From the IMG/VR virus record IMGVR_UViG_3300020578_000011: a DNA stretch of 64,000 bases. One strand, written 5' to 3'. The notes beneath the pieces are model-generated. The model saw nothing but the letters and a program-made list of their open reading frames with translations, was not told where the DNA came from and made no database searches. The DNA is from a virus. How positions within the stretch are numbered: position 1 is the stretch's first letter; every line of letters starts with the position of its first letter. Below, piece by piece: positions 15,962 to 26,334 of the stretch. The position numbers were made by a program, and so were the translations under genes.

Positions 15962-18133
15962 ATGGCAATAAGCGTCAGCTTTAACGGAGCGACAATAAAA
16001 AAGCCAGGTAGTTATTCAAAAACAGAAGTGGACGTGGGTGGGAATTTGCCACTTGGCCCAGCTGGATTAGTTGTCATTGTTGGAGAGGCAGATGCAGGCG
16101 CTCCAGTTACGGCTGAGATTGATGCTTCTAGAAATGTATACACAGCAGATCAATTAAGTGAAATTAGAGCTAAATATCGCTCAGGTCCTATTGTTGATGC
16201 TGCTAATTTTTTATTTTCTCCATCTATCGATGGCGCTATTCCCAATGGAGCACAGGCTGTTTGGGTTCTTAAAACAAATGCTTCTGTAAAAGCATCTTTG
16301 GCTCTTGCTTCTTCTTATGGAACTCTTAGAGCTAGAGAATGGGGCGTTGGTGGAAATCAAGTAAGTGCAAAAATTGTCTCTTCTTCAGAGGTTCCTCCTG
16401 CTAAACTTGGAACACCTCTTGCTTTTGGGGCTTCTTTAAATGCAGCTTCTTTTAGTGTAAGAGTAAATGGCGGAGCTGCTTCAGTTGTTACTCTTAGTTC
16501 AACTTCGGATGATCATTCAGATTTAACTTCTTTAGTTTCTGAATTAGAAACTAAACTACCTGCAGGAGTTTCCGCTTTTGTTTCCTCTGGTTCTTTAAAA
16601 ATAGAACTAGATACACAATCAAATCAACATCTTCTTGGTTTTGGTCGATCATTAGAATTAGTTGATTCTACTATTGGTGATTTAGCAAAACTAGGCATGA
16701 CGGCTGGATTAGCTTCTAGCTCTGCAGAGCCTTCTGTTACAGTATCTTTTTCACAAAAAAGAGATCTTTTAGTAGAAGAAGATGCAATTGGTGGCAATGT
16801 TGTCTTAACAATAGGTCATGATGGTTCTGGGGGCGTTTCTTCTGCTTCTGTTTCAATAAATGAAACTTCTATTGTCTTAAATACTTCAGCTGGTTCTGTT
16901 AGTATTCAGAAATCAGAATATTTAACATTAGGAAAAATCGCTGAAGCAATCGACTTTCAACCTGGATGGTCTGCATCTGTGTCAAATGTGCTTTATGCAA
17001 ATCTATCTCCTTCTTGTCTAGATCATGTTTCGTCAGCTGGAGCTTTGTCATCAGTTGCAGCAAAACCTGCTCGTATTAAAAAAGATTCTTTTGAAATGTC
17101 TAAACTGGTATCGGAGTCTCTGCTTGTTCAATTTGTAAATCAATCAAAAGTAGGATTGCCTGCAGCAATGTCTGAAATGATGTTGTCAAATGGAGCTAAG
17201 GGCGCAACTACTTCTTTAAGTTTTGTTGAAGCTCTTGCCAAGGCTGAGAAGTTTCATTGCAATTTTGTAATTCCTCTTTTTTCTAGAGACGCATCTGCAG
17301 ATGTTGCAGATTCATTAACAGATGCTGGTTCTACATATACAATAGATGGTATTCATCAAGCTGTTAAAACACATATTAGTTTAATGAAAACTACTCTTAA
17401 AAAGAGTGAGCGACAAGGATTCTTATCTCTTAAGGCAAGTTTTGATACTTGTAAAGAAAAAGCAGCTTCAGTTTCAGATGCACGTATGCAACTTGTTGTT
17501 CAAGATGTTCGCCAAGCAGATGCTCAAGGAAATATAAAATGGTTTCAACCATGGGCATTAGCTTGTCTTCTTGCTGGGTCTAGAAGTGGAGCGCCAATAG
17601 GTCTTCCTATGACATTTAAATTTATGAACTGTGCTGGAATTCGTCATACAGCTCAGTCCATGACAACAGCTGAACAAGATATTGCTATAGATTTTGATCC
17701 AGATGTTGAATTTGCAGAAGCCATTGATGCGGGTATTACTTTCTTAGAATCGCCAAGAACAGGTGGCTTTAGAGTAGTTGTTGACAACACCACATATGGG
17801 CTTGATAGTAACTGGGTTTACAATCGTGCAAATGTTATATATTCTGGCGATATCGTTTCTTATAATTTCAGAAACACGATGGAACTTCGTTATGTTGGTG
17901 TTAAGAATAATATTAGAGCAGCAGAAGTAAAATCTACAGCTGAATCTGTTCTTAATACATTCTTAGCCCAGGGAATAACCGTATCTACATCAGATGCTCC
18001 GCAAGGATTTAAGGATCTAAGCGTGAGAATGGAAGGAAATGTTATTTATATTAGCGTGACGGTTAAACTTGTTGAAGGTATTGATTTCATCTTGTCTGAG
18101 ATCACTCTACAAAGAGCAACTCAATCGGCTTAA
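15962..18133 (+). CDS. Tail sheath protein
   Basis: MAISVSFNG..IKKPGSYS N-terminus; C-terminal AGIT.LE...RVVVDNTTY...ISVTVKLVEGIDFI. Confidence 0.9.
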   Translation: MAISVSFNGATIKKPGSYSKTEVDVGGNLPLGPAGLVVIVGEADAGAPVTAEIDASRNVYTADQLSEIRAKYRSGPIVDAANFLFSPSIDGAIPNGAQAVWVLKTNASVKASLALASSYGTLRAREWGVGGNQVSAKIVSSSEVPPAKLGTPLAFGASLNAASFSVRVNGGAASVVTLSSTSDDHSDLTSLVSELETKLPAGVSAFVSSGSLKIELDTQSNQHLLGFGRSLELVDSTIGDLAKLGMTAGLASSSAEPSVTVSFSQKRDLLVEEDAIGGNVVLTIGHDGSGGVSSASVSINETSIVLNTSAGSVSIQKSEYLTLGKIAEAIDFQPGWSASVSNVLYANLSPSCLDHVSSAGALSSVAAKPARIKKDSFEMSKLVSESLLVQFVNQSKVGLPAAMSEMMLSNGAKGATTSLSFVEALAKAEKFHCNFVIPLFSRDASADVADSLTDAGSTYTIDGIHQAVKTHISLMKTTLKKSERQGFLSLKASFDTCKEKAASVSDARMQLVVQDVRQADAQGNIKWFQPWALACLLAGSRSGAPIGLPMTFKFMNCAGIRHTAQSMTTAEQDIAIDFDPDVEFAEAIDAGITFLESPRTGGFRVVVDNTTYGLDSNWVYNRANVIYSGDIVSYNFRNTMELRYVGVKNNIRAAEVKSTAESVLNTFLAQGITVSTSDAPQGFKDLSVRMEGNVIYISVTVKLVEGIDFILSEITLQRATQSA

Positions 18134-18154
18134 AATCAATATATATAACACTTA

Positions 18155-18185
18155 AAGGACTGAATAATTATTCAGTCCTTTTTTA
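18155..18185 (+). terminator. Rho-independent terminator after the sheath gene
   Basis: AAAGGACTGAAT/ATTCAGTCCTTT stem followed by a T run. Confidence 0.85.
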
Positions 18186-18286
18186 TTAATGTATTTTGTT
18201 TTATAACTATATTTATGATAATATAAAAACAGCTCTCATAGTGAGAGTCTCTAACGTAGTGGGTTCTAGAGCCCTAGGAGAAGAAG

Positions 18287-18835
18287 ATGGCAGATAAGAA
18301 GACTAGTTTAATAACAGGTAGTAATGCTAAAATCAAGATCAACGGCGTTACTCTTGCATACGCAACAGATGTTCAGTACGATGTTTCGGTTCAAACAATT
18401 CCAATCGAAACAATGGGACGCTACGAAGTGCTGGCAAATGAGCCAATCGCAACTATCGTAAGTGGTTCGTTTTCTGTTGTTCGCTATACTAAGGCAGCAG
18501 CAGATGGAAAAATATCTGGAGCAGCTGCCAGTGGCAACGGTGTTGGAAATTGGAAAGCAGGTACTGGAGTTGGCTTACATACACACTTCAATCCTGCTGA
18601 CATACTGAAATCTGCAACAGTTGATATCGAACTTTTTAGAAAAACACAGAACGAACCAACCGCAGCAGAAGGCGTAGAATCTTTTAAGAAAATACTAGAT
18701 GCTAGATTGACTAGGATGGGTGGAAGTGTTAACAAGCGCGGTATTCTTATGGAATCTTTCGCCTTTGTTGCTGAAGCAATTCAGGACGATTCATTTACTC
18801 ACGGCAAGTCCGGTGAAAACGATCTTTCAGATTAA
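18287..18835 (+). CDS. Tail tube protein 1
   Basis: Follows the sheath; ITGSNAKIKINGVTLAYATD; strong RBS. Confidence 0.8.
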   Translation: MADKKTSLITGSNAKIKINGVTLAYATDVQYDVSVQTIPIETMGRYEVLANEPIATIVSGSFSVVRYTKAAADGKISGAAASGNGVGNWKAGTGVGLHTHFNPADILKSATVDIELFRKTQNEPTAAEGVESFKKILDARLTRMGGSVNKRGILMESFAFVAEAIQDDSFTHGKSGENDLSD

Positions 18836-18845
18836 GAGGCAATAG

Positions 18846-19412
18846 GTGGCAGGTAAGAAGCCGTTTTTTATAACAGGTTCTAACTGTAAAATAAAAGTAA
18901 ACGGCGTAACTCTTGCTTATGCTACTGATCTTTCTTATACTGTTACTATAAATCACGCACCAGTTAAGGTTCTTGGCGTTTATGAATCAGACACTATAGA
19001 ACCATTGTCCTATTCCGTATCTGGCAGTTTTACATTAATTAGATATATAGACAGTGCCATTGACAGTCTTGGATATGTAAATGGAGCAAATGGATACGGC
19101 AACGGTGTTGGTTCTTTTGCTCAACCTTATCAATTCACAAGACCCGATTTATTAAGAACAGATGGTAAAGCTGATCAAAGCGCCAACCCAGCAAAACTTG
19201 GAGATGCAACTGGTTTTGATATAGAGATGTATCAAAAAGTACCAAACAATTCACTAGGAATTGCAAAAATAAGAAATTGTAGAATTGTTGCTATAAATTC
19301 TCAAATATCTAAAAGATCTCCAATGATACAACAATTTCAATTTGTTGCAAATTACCTAGATGAAGATAGTTATATAGCAGAAACTTCGGGCCAGGGGCAG
19401 CAGTTCTCTTGA
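18846..19412 (+). CDS. Tail tube-like protein 2
   Basis: Paralogue of tube 1 (ITGSNCKIKVNGVTLAYATD). Confidence 0.75.
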   Translation: MAGKKPFFITGSNCKIKVNGVTLAYATDLSYTVTINHAPVKVLGVYESDTIEPLSYSVSGSFTLIRYIDSAIDSLGYVNGANGYGNGVGSFAQPYQFTRPDLLRTDGKADQSANPAKLGDATGFDIEMYQKVPNNSLGIAKIRNCRIVAINSQISKRSPMIQQFQFVANYLDEDSYIAETSGQGQQFS

Positions 19413-19420
19413 GGTGTTAG

Positions 19421-20041
19421 ATGAGTAAAAGACGGGGATTTGATAGGGGCACTGGTTTTTCGGGATTTGCATCTCGAACTGCTGAGAATTTGGTATCTTC
19501 AGTAGGTACTATTAATTCTTTAAAACCTACTGCTAAATACATGTCAGGCGCAAGAGCTGTTTTAAAAGTTAATGGAAGCATTGTTGGTTTTGCTATGCAA
19601 ATATCTTGGACAATTAACACAGAGCAAGTAGAAATAAATACAATAGATGATTATATGCCATATGAAATAGCACCAAGAAGAATTTCCGTAAATGGAACAA
19701 TTGGAACATTTGTAATTCCTGGCAGATCACCAACTGCTGAATTAATACAATCTGATAGTCTTAGTTTTTTATTTAATAAATACATAACTATAGAAATAAG
19801 AGATTCAGTAACGGACAATATGCTATTTAAAACAAATAAAGCAGTCATCACATCCTCATCGTCTGATCTAAGGGCTGAACAACTTGGATCTACTACTTTA
19901 CAATGGAAGGCAATAGGTTGGGTTAATGAATCTGCTCCAGGTTTACCAAGTGGATATAACGATGCATCTGATAAGGCATCTGCCGATCCAAGTGGGATTA
20001 TAGATAAATTAAAAAAGAAAATTCCAAAACTTCCATTTTAA
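19421..20041 (+). CDS. Tail tube-like protein 3
   Basis: MSGARAVLKVNGSIVGFA...EIAPRRISVNGTI aligns with tubes 1 and 2. Confidence 0.7.
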   Translation: MSKRRGFDRGTGFSGFASRTAENLVSSVGTINSLKPTAKYMSGARAVLKVNGSIVGFAMQISWTINTEQVEINTIDDYMPYEIAPRRISVNGTIGTFVIPGRSPTAELIQSDSLSFLFNKYITIEIRDSVTDNMLFKTNKAVITSSSSDLRAEQLGSTTLQWKAIGWVNESAPGLPSGYNDASDKASADPSGIIDKLKKKIPKLPF

Positions 20042-20078
20042 ATTGGTATAATTATTTAGTAAATTACGGAGGCTTGTT

Positions 20079-20447
20079 ATGGATCTTCCAAAGCGTGAAA
20101 AAACTTTTTATTTTGATTACGAAGGCGAATCTGGCTTTAGATATGAAGGCAGTTTCACTGTTAAGTGTAGATTGACAGTTGCTGAAAAATATGCATCTGA
20201 ATTAGAAAAAACTCGCTTACAAGGCGACACTTCAAATCCATCTGCTGGATTGTCTGGTATGGCAATTGCAATATCCACTCTTCGATCTCGTGTTGTAGAT
20301 GGTCCAAACTGGTGGAAACAAGGACTTGGATTAGGTATAGAAGACGAGGACGCATTGGTTGAACTATATTCAAAAGTTGAAGAAATAGCCGCAGAATGGG
20401 CTTTAGATGTCAAAAAAACATCTAAAGAAGAAAAATTGGGAAACTAA
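20079..20447 (+). CDS. Tail assembly chaperone (G-like)
   Basis: Between the tubes and tape measure; ends in slippery G GGA AAC TAA. Confidence 0.8.
   Translation: MDLPKREKTFYFDYEGESGFRYEGSFTVKCRLTVAEKYASELEKTRLQGDTSNPSAGLSGMAIAISTLRSRVVDGPNWWKQGLGLGIEDEDALVELYSKVEEIAAEWALDVKKTSKEEKLGN
20438..20444 (+). other. Programmed -1 ribosomal frameshift site GGGAAAC
   Basis: X XXY YYZ heptamer in frame before the stop; the -1 frame is open into ORF 20552..20893. Confidence 0.85.
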
Positions 20448-20893
20448 CTGACGGAGATCTTGACGAAATCTCCGTTTATCAAGCAATAGACAATTTAATA
20501 GCTAAAAATGCTAGAGATGTCGATTCTGAAAAGGGTCGACTATTATTTTTAATGTCCTGGTGGAGTAAGACCTATAATCGCCCATTAAAAGATCCAATTT
20601 TACAAACATATACATTAGAAGAACTTTATTATGAATATCGCGATAAAATAGAAAGAGATATCGCAGTAAGAGAAATGTCAGAAAAAGAAACTGATAAGAT
20701 AGAACAAGATAAGATAGATGATGCAATGGCATGGGCAGACGCTGAAGAACAAAAAGAAAAAGAGCAAACAGGGGAATATTCTGTATCTGAAAATGACATA
20801 GAATGGATGAATGCTCAAATGAAAAAAGCCAAAGAAGAATTTGGTGAAGATTTTGGTGAAGATATAAACGAGGATTTTGGAAATGGCAGATGA
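20444..20893 (+). CDS. Tail assembly chaperone frameshift extension (T-like)
   Basis: The -1 frame reads LTDGDLDEISVYQ...LLFLMSWWSKTY... without stops. Confidence 0.8.
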   Translation, partial: LTDGDLDEISVYQAIDNLIAKNARDVDSEKGRLLFLMSWWSKTYNRPLKDPILQTYTLEELYYEYRDKIERDIAVREMSEKETDKIEQDKIDDAMAWADAEEQKEKEQTGEYSVSENDIEWMNAQMKKAKEEFGEDFGEDINEDFGNGR

Positions 20894-23678
20894 TAATGAC
20901 ATTAAAAATAAACTAAGATCAAGACTTCAAGATGTCAATACTCTGCCATCTAGATTAGCATCTGGTGTTGAAAGCATATTTGAAAGATCACAAGTAAAAA
21001 CAAAGGCTCAATTAGATCTTGAGGCTGGTCTTGAAAGAACTAGACAACAAAGAGCACAAGTAAATTCATTAGCATCATCTACATATGATGCAGATGAAAG
21101 AGAATCATTAAGAAGAAGACAGGTGGCATTAGTAAGGAGAGAAGCTAGGGCAAATGAAAGAATAGAAACTGAAGAATTTAATAGAACAAGTGCTGCAAGA
21201 CGCGAGGCATTTCAAAAAACTTCTTCAATGCTTTCTTCAGAAAGGCTTGAAAGAGAAACTGGCAGAATTGGAAGAGCACCCGAGGCAAGGTTTCTAGCTG
21301 GACAATATGCTCAAGGTATGGCTCAATCTGAATTAGAAAATCGTAGATTTCAAAACTTAAAACATCAAGAAGAAACTGCAGCACAGATAACTGGATTATC
21401 TGCAAATATTGACGACCCTAGATCTGCAGCAAGAATGAGATATCTTACTGGTAAATTATCTAGACAACAAATATATGGCGGTCAGATTTCTGCAGCTCTT
21501 TCTCTTCAGAGAGAAATGGGAATAGATGATATAAGTGTAAGAAGACAATCCGCGTCTATATCTGAGAGAATAAATAAAGAAACAATGCGAGAAGGAATTT
21601 CTTCTGATATTCAATCTGGTCAAACTAGATCCTTTAAAGAAGAATTAGATACATATAGAAAATTACGAGATGTAGTAAAAGAAACTGCAGAAAAAATATC
21701 TTCTCTTGGCGAAGTTAGTGCTGATTTAAGACAAACTCAGCAAGATCAAGTTAGAGAACTTGAAAAACAGGGTGAAAAAGTTAGACAAATGAAAGCCGCT
21801 GGAATGGGTGGAGACGGCGGTGGTTTAAGTACTATTGAAAAAATTCAACTTGGCGCTGCAGGTTTTAAAGCAGCAGCAGGCATCGCTGGTTATGCAGCTG
21901 TCGGTTCTGAAATAGAGCAAATGAGAGCAAGAGCAGGAATTGCCGCTGTAATGAATCAGCAATTTTTTGATCAAAAAGCAGCATTATCTGGAGATATGAG
22001 CGCGCTATTAATGACAAGTGGCGGAATAAATGCAGCTGTCCTAAGTGAAGCTGAAAATTTCAGAATCTCAGCTCGTCTTGCTGCTGGCGCTGATATTGCC
22101 GGCAGTGCAGTCGGAACAGTGGCAGATGTTGTAGGAAACGCAAGGACAGGAAACGCTGGTGCTGCTGTTAGCTCAGCTATATCTGGAGTAAGTGATGCTG
22201 CAAAGGGAACTATTGCATTATCAAAAGGAATAACTCAAACAAATGCTGCCTTAGAGGCATACTCAGCAAGAAGACAACTGTCTCAAGAAGAAATAAGAAT
22301 AAGATCTCAATCTATGCAGGATTTTTACAATGATAGAGTTTCTGCATATAGAGCCTCTATTGGAGCGGGTGGCCTTTCTTCTAGTCTAATGGACGAAATG
22401 ACTAATGCTCAATTTGCTGCTGGAATTGGACATATAGATTTAAATAGACAAAAATCATTATTTTCAATGGGTATGGGGGCTGGAGGAAGAGCCTTTAGAT
22501 CTGGTGCACAAGAAAGAGCTGCAACTATAAAAGCAGCAGCAGAATTTGAAAGAACTGGTATTGGAACAGCAGAACAATACATGAGCGGTCTTGATAGAAT
22601 GGTCTCAGCTGGTGGATCTAGAAAAGATTTAGAAGACATAATGAGAAACGCAATAGCAGCTGGCGTTGGAGATGCTGAGAATATAAACAAAATGGTTGAA
22701 TCTACTGCTAATTTAGCAGAATTAATAAACCAGGGTAGAGGAATAGGTGGAGCTGCGACCGCAGCCCAAGCGTTGACATTGGGTCTTCAATCTTATCAAG
22801 GTACATCTTTAGAAGAAGAGCAAAAAAGACAAGGTGTTGCATATGGTCTTCAAAACCTTCAATCATTAACTGGTGGATCTGGGTTGAATCTAGAAACAGT
22901 ATCTCAAATTGCTTATTTAAACAAAGCAATTCCAGGTCTTAAAGGAATGGGGCTTCAAAATGTTGTAAAACTTGGAGCAACAGGTGCAGCTGATGTTCTT
23001 AGTTTAATAAGAAGTAATAAAGATACTAAAACAAAAGCCAGATTATTGGAAGAAAGAGGGCTTTCTAGTGCTTTTATAAATGAAAGTGGAGATATTAGAC
23101 CAGATGCTGAAGATACGGCATTTAAGATTTTTCAATCTGAAATTGCAGGCGTTGCAGGAGGAGCAGGGGCTGTAATAAGTGCACCAGCTAGTACGGCAAT
23201 TTATAAATTATTAAATGCTAAAGATTTTAATCAATTTAAAAACATGTATCGCAAAATGCCAGGCGAAGCAAAAGATTATTTAACTGGTGCTGGAGTTAAT
23301 AGAGCAGCAATGGAAGGTGTGTTTGGGGTTGGTTTTGGAGCAACAGGTCCAATAGGTGAGTCTCCAACTCCATCTGGTAATTTTGCACAAGCTCAAGAGA
23401 TATTATCAAAAAGCACTCAAATGTCTATAAAAAACATGGAAGCTTTTGGTAATTCTTTGCAAGAAATAAATGAAAGAATGAAAAAAGTTTTAAGTGAATT
23501 TAATCCAGAGCAATCTTTTTCTAAAACACAACAAGCAAAAGAAGCCATGCATCTTGATGTTAAAGAGTTTAATAATTCTGTAATTGATTTTAAAACTGCT
23601 GTTAGTGTTTTTGCTAAAACCGTTGGATCTAAAGGCACTGAACAACCAGATTCAGACAATCCTGCTAACTGGAGATAA
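20877..23678 (+). CDS. Tape measure protein
   Basis: 933 aa, Ala/Gly-rich helical, directly after the chaperone pair. Confidence 0.8.
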   Translation: MEMADDNDIKNKLRSRLQDVNTLPSRLASGVESIFERSQVKTKAQLDLEAGLERTRQQRAQVNSLASSTYDADERESLRRRQVALVRREARANERIETEEFNRTSAARREAFQKTSSMLSSERLERETGRIGRAPEARFLAGQYAQGMAQSELENRRFQNLKHQEETAAQITGLSANIDDPRSAARMRYLTGKLSRQQIYGGQISAALSLQREMGIDDISVRRQSASISERINKETMREGISSDIQSGQTRSFKEELDTYRKLRDVVKETAEKISSLGEVSADLRQTQQDQVRELEKQGEKVRQMKAAGMGGDGGGLSTIEKIQLGAAGFKAAAGIAGYAAVGSEIEQMRARAGIAAVMNQQFFDQKAALSGDMSALLMTSGGINAAVLSEAENFRISARLAAGADIAGSAVGTVADVVGNARTGNAGAAVSSAISGVSDAAKGTIALSKGITQTNAALEAYSARRQLSQEEIRIRSQSMQDFYNDRVSAYRASIGAGGLSSSLMDEMTNAQFAAGIGHIDLNRQKSLFSMGMGAGGRAFRSGAQERAATIKAAAEFERTGIGTAEQYMSGLDRMVSAGGSRKDLEDIMRNAIAAGVGDAENINKMVESTANLAELINQGRGIGGAATAAQALTLGLQSYQGTSLEEEQKRQGVAYGLQNLQSLTGGSGLNLETVSQIAYLNKAIPGLKGMGLQNVVKLGATGAADVLSLIRSNKDTKTKARLLEERGLSSAFINESGDIRPDAEDTAFKIFQSEIAGVAGGAGAVISAPASTAIYKLLNAKDFNQFKNMYRKMPGEAKDYLTGAGVNRAAMEGVFGVGFGATGPIGESPTPSGNFAQAQEILSKSTQMSIKNMEAFGNSLQEINERMKKVLSEFNPEQSFSKTQQAKEAMHLDVKEFNNSVIDFKTAVSVFAKTVGSKGTEQPDSDNPANWR

Positions 23679-23680
23679 AA

Positions 23681-25297
23681 GTGATTAAACAACCACAGGC
23701 AGGAATAAAAATTTATAACTACGAAGATAGACTTGGTAGTAGTTTTTATAATGGTAAAAAAGAAACACAAAATATAGAAAAAATAATAAAAATAAAAAGT
23801 GAAATAATATCTATATCTACTTTAAAACACAAAGCGCAACCTGCTGGAGAGTTTCAAATAACATTAGCTCCAACTAAAAATTGGATAGCAACAATATCTC
23901 CCGGCAGTTGGTTGTCAATTCACATGACCTCAGATAAGACAACTGATGATATTCTTTTTTCATTTAATGAAAAATCTTTAAAAATGATTGGACGTATAGA
24001 TACAATTAGAATGAGTATGCGTGTAGATCAAACAACAGGCGCAAGACAAACTGTTTATACAATATCTGGAAAAGATTGGGGTCAGATTTTTGAGTCAATA
24101 TTATACATAGACCCAATGGTATACGAGACCCTGAGTAATAATCAAACTGCTATATTTTCATCGGTAGATACGCTTCTTGGTAGCGTATTAGAAACTTCAA
24201 AAAATGGAGCATCTTCTACTACGAATTTAATTAGAGCAATGTTGCAAGTTTGGGGATCTGTTCCACTAATTCCACAAGGCCAAACTGGTGGATTATCTAG
24301 TGGTAGTTTTATAAATACACAAGTTCCATTTGAAATACCAAAAGAATTATCTCAAGATTTAAATTTAAAAACAAGCAGCTTATCTAAGTCAATTAATTTA
24401 AAAACAGGTAGATTAATTGCAAATAATATATACGATGAAAGTAGACCTGAGGCTTATGGCGGGATTATTCCACAAAGTCTTTTTGGATCTAATGCTATTT
24501 GGCAAGTTATGTCTGCACATAGTTGTGAGCAGGTTAATGAAATGCTATGTGATATAATATGGGAATCCGATATTCCTAAATTGACTCTTTTTAAAAGAAT
24601 AAAACCTTTTGCTTTAAACTGTGTATCTTACAAAGATAATAGAATTGAATCTAAATTTGTAAATTTATTTAAAACTGAAATAAAAAAAGAATCGATAATA
24701 TCAATAGACTGTGGTGATAACTGGAGAGATAAGATAAATGCTGTAGAAATATTACCGGCTTTTCCTCCTGGCTCCCCTGTAACTCAAGGACTCCAAGTGA
24801 TTGCAAAACCAAGAGCGCAAAAAGCAGATCATACGGCAATTAAAAGAGAGGGAATAAGACCTTTACTAATGCAATCTTATTTTTTTCCATATGCTGGAAA
24901 ATCAGAAGATGTTGTTAATTGGATACCTGCTTTTATTGATTGGTATTTTAATACTCACAAAATGTTAAATGGAAATATATCTTTTTTAGGTTGTTCTAAT
25001 TATATACCAGTTGGTAGTAATATAGTTTTAGATTCTTCTGTTTTTGCAAAAGCTAAATACGTATCGAATCAGACAGAGCAAAACAAACTACTTGCGCACG
25101 TCGAATCTGTTTCTCATAATTTTTCAGTAGAAATTAACGGAGCTAGGTCTTTTGTAACTGGAATTAATTTTGTTCGTGGTGTTTTTGTTGATTCGCAAAT
25201 AAAAGATTTAATAAACAAAGAATCTTTTGCAATAGATTCATCTGCCACATCAATGTCAGATAGTGATGAGATTGTAAAAGGAATATACGAGATTTAG
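23681..25297 (+). CDS. Baseplate hub-like protein
   Basis: Position after the TMP; ISGKDWGQIF and HVESVSHNF motifs typical of hub proteins. Confidence 0.65.
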   Translation: MIKQPQAGIKIYNYEDRLGSSFYNGKKETQNIEKIIKIKSEIISISTLKHKAQPAGEFQITLAPTKNWIATISPGSWLSIHMTSDKTTDDILFSFNEKSLKMIGRIDTIRMSMRVDQTTGARQTVYTISGKDWGQIFESILYIDPMVYETLSNNQTAIFSSVDTLLGSVLETSKNGASSTTNLIRAMLQVWGSVPLIPQGQTGGLSSGSFINTQVPFEIPKELSQDLNLKTSSLSKSINLKTGRLIANNIYDESRPEAYGGIIPQSLFGSNAIWQVMSAHSCEQVNEMLCDIIWESDIPKLTLFKRIKPFALNCVSYKDNRIESKFVNLFKTEIKKESIISIDCGDNWRDKINAVEILPAFPPGSPVTQGLQVIAKPRAQKADHTAIKREGIRPLLMQSYFFPYAGKSEDVVNWIPAFIDWYFNTHKMLNGNISFLGCSNYIPVGSNIVLDSSVFAKAKYVSNQTEQNKLLAHVESVSHNFSVEINGARSFVTGINFVRGVFVDSQIKDLINKESFAIDSSATSMSDSDEIVKGIYEI

Positions 25298-25298
25298 T

Positions 25299-26285
25299 AT
25301 GGTTGGAATAATAAAAGACTCATCAATATGGAAGACTCCAATATCTAATTTAAAAGAAAAAGAAATAAATAGAGTAGATATTGGAACTGTAATAAATGAA
25401 AGATATTCTAAAGAATTAGATTCAATTATTTACTCTGTTGAAGTATACTCTGGACAACGAAGATCAGTTGTTGAATGTATACAAATGGTTAAAAACGGAG
25501 ACATTTATAATTATGAAGAAATAAAATTAAGATATCAATTAAATAGAAATAACAAAAACACTAACATGTCAATGAAAACTCGATTTGGAGAAATGGTATT
25601 GGTAACATATGTTAGTGGGATTGGATCTTTTGGAGTGATAATTGGCTCTATAAAACACTCTGCTAGAAAAAGTAAATTAATTTCAAAAGATATTGCATAT
25701 GTATCTGAATATAATGGAATAGAAACATCAATAGATAAAGATGGTGCGTATAAATTAAAGTTTCAGGGAACACCTATAAATATTAAAAATGCAAAAGATG
25801 GTTTTCCGCTTCCTTCACCAAAATACGATGGCTCTATTGCTGGATCTTTTTTATCATTTGATAAAATTGGTAATTTTACTTTAACTGATGCTAATAAAGA
25901 AAAACCACAAACTATTAAAATAGATAAAAAAAATGGATCAATACATGTAATATCTGGCGATGTGTCTTTGACAATAGAGAAAAATTCAAAAAAAATATCA
26001 ATAAAAAGCGAAGACATAAACATCGATTCTAAAAAGAAAGTTTCAATAAAAACACCAGAATACTCTATAGATTCATCTAAAGCTATTAAAATAAAAGGTC
26101 AAAAAATAGCCATAGGATATGGCGGAAATGAATTATTAGATATATTGACAAATTTAATAGACGAAATTGGTCTTTTGGTAATAACTTCTCCTGTAGGGCC
26201 TTGCACTCCTATTCAAGGCTCTCCTACTTGGGTTAAGATTTTAGCACTTAAAACTAAGATATCCACTATAAAAGGTAGTCTCTAA
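25299..26285 (+). CDS. Baseplate spike (gpV/gp5-like) protein
   Basis: OB-like GEMVLVTYVSG...VIIG, then short beta repeats. Confidence 0.65.
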   Translation: MVGIIKDSSIWKTPISNLKEKEINRVDIGTVINERYSKELDSIIYSVEVYSGQRRSVVECIQMVKNGDIYNYEEIKLRYQLNRNNKNTNMSMKTRFGEMVLVTYVSGIGSFGVIIGSIKHSARKSKLISKDIAYVSEYNGIETSIDKDGAYKLKFQGTPINIKNAKDGFPLPSPKYDGSIAGSFLSFDKIGNFTLTDANKEKPQTIKIDKKNGSIHVISGDVSLTIEKNSKKISIKSEDINIDSKKKVSIKTPEYSIDSSKAIKIKGQKIAIGYGGNELLDILTNLIDEIGLLVITSPVGPCTPIQGSPTWVKILALKTKISTIKGSL

Positions 26286-26334
26286 TGTTTTTAATGATAA
26301 AATATTAAAATAAACTAATATAACGGATTTTATC

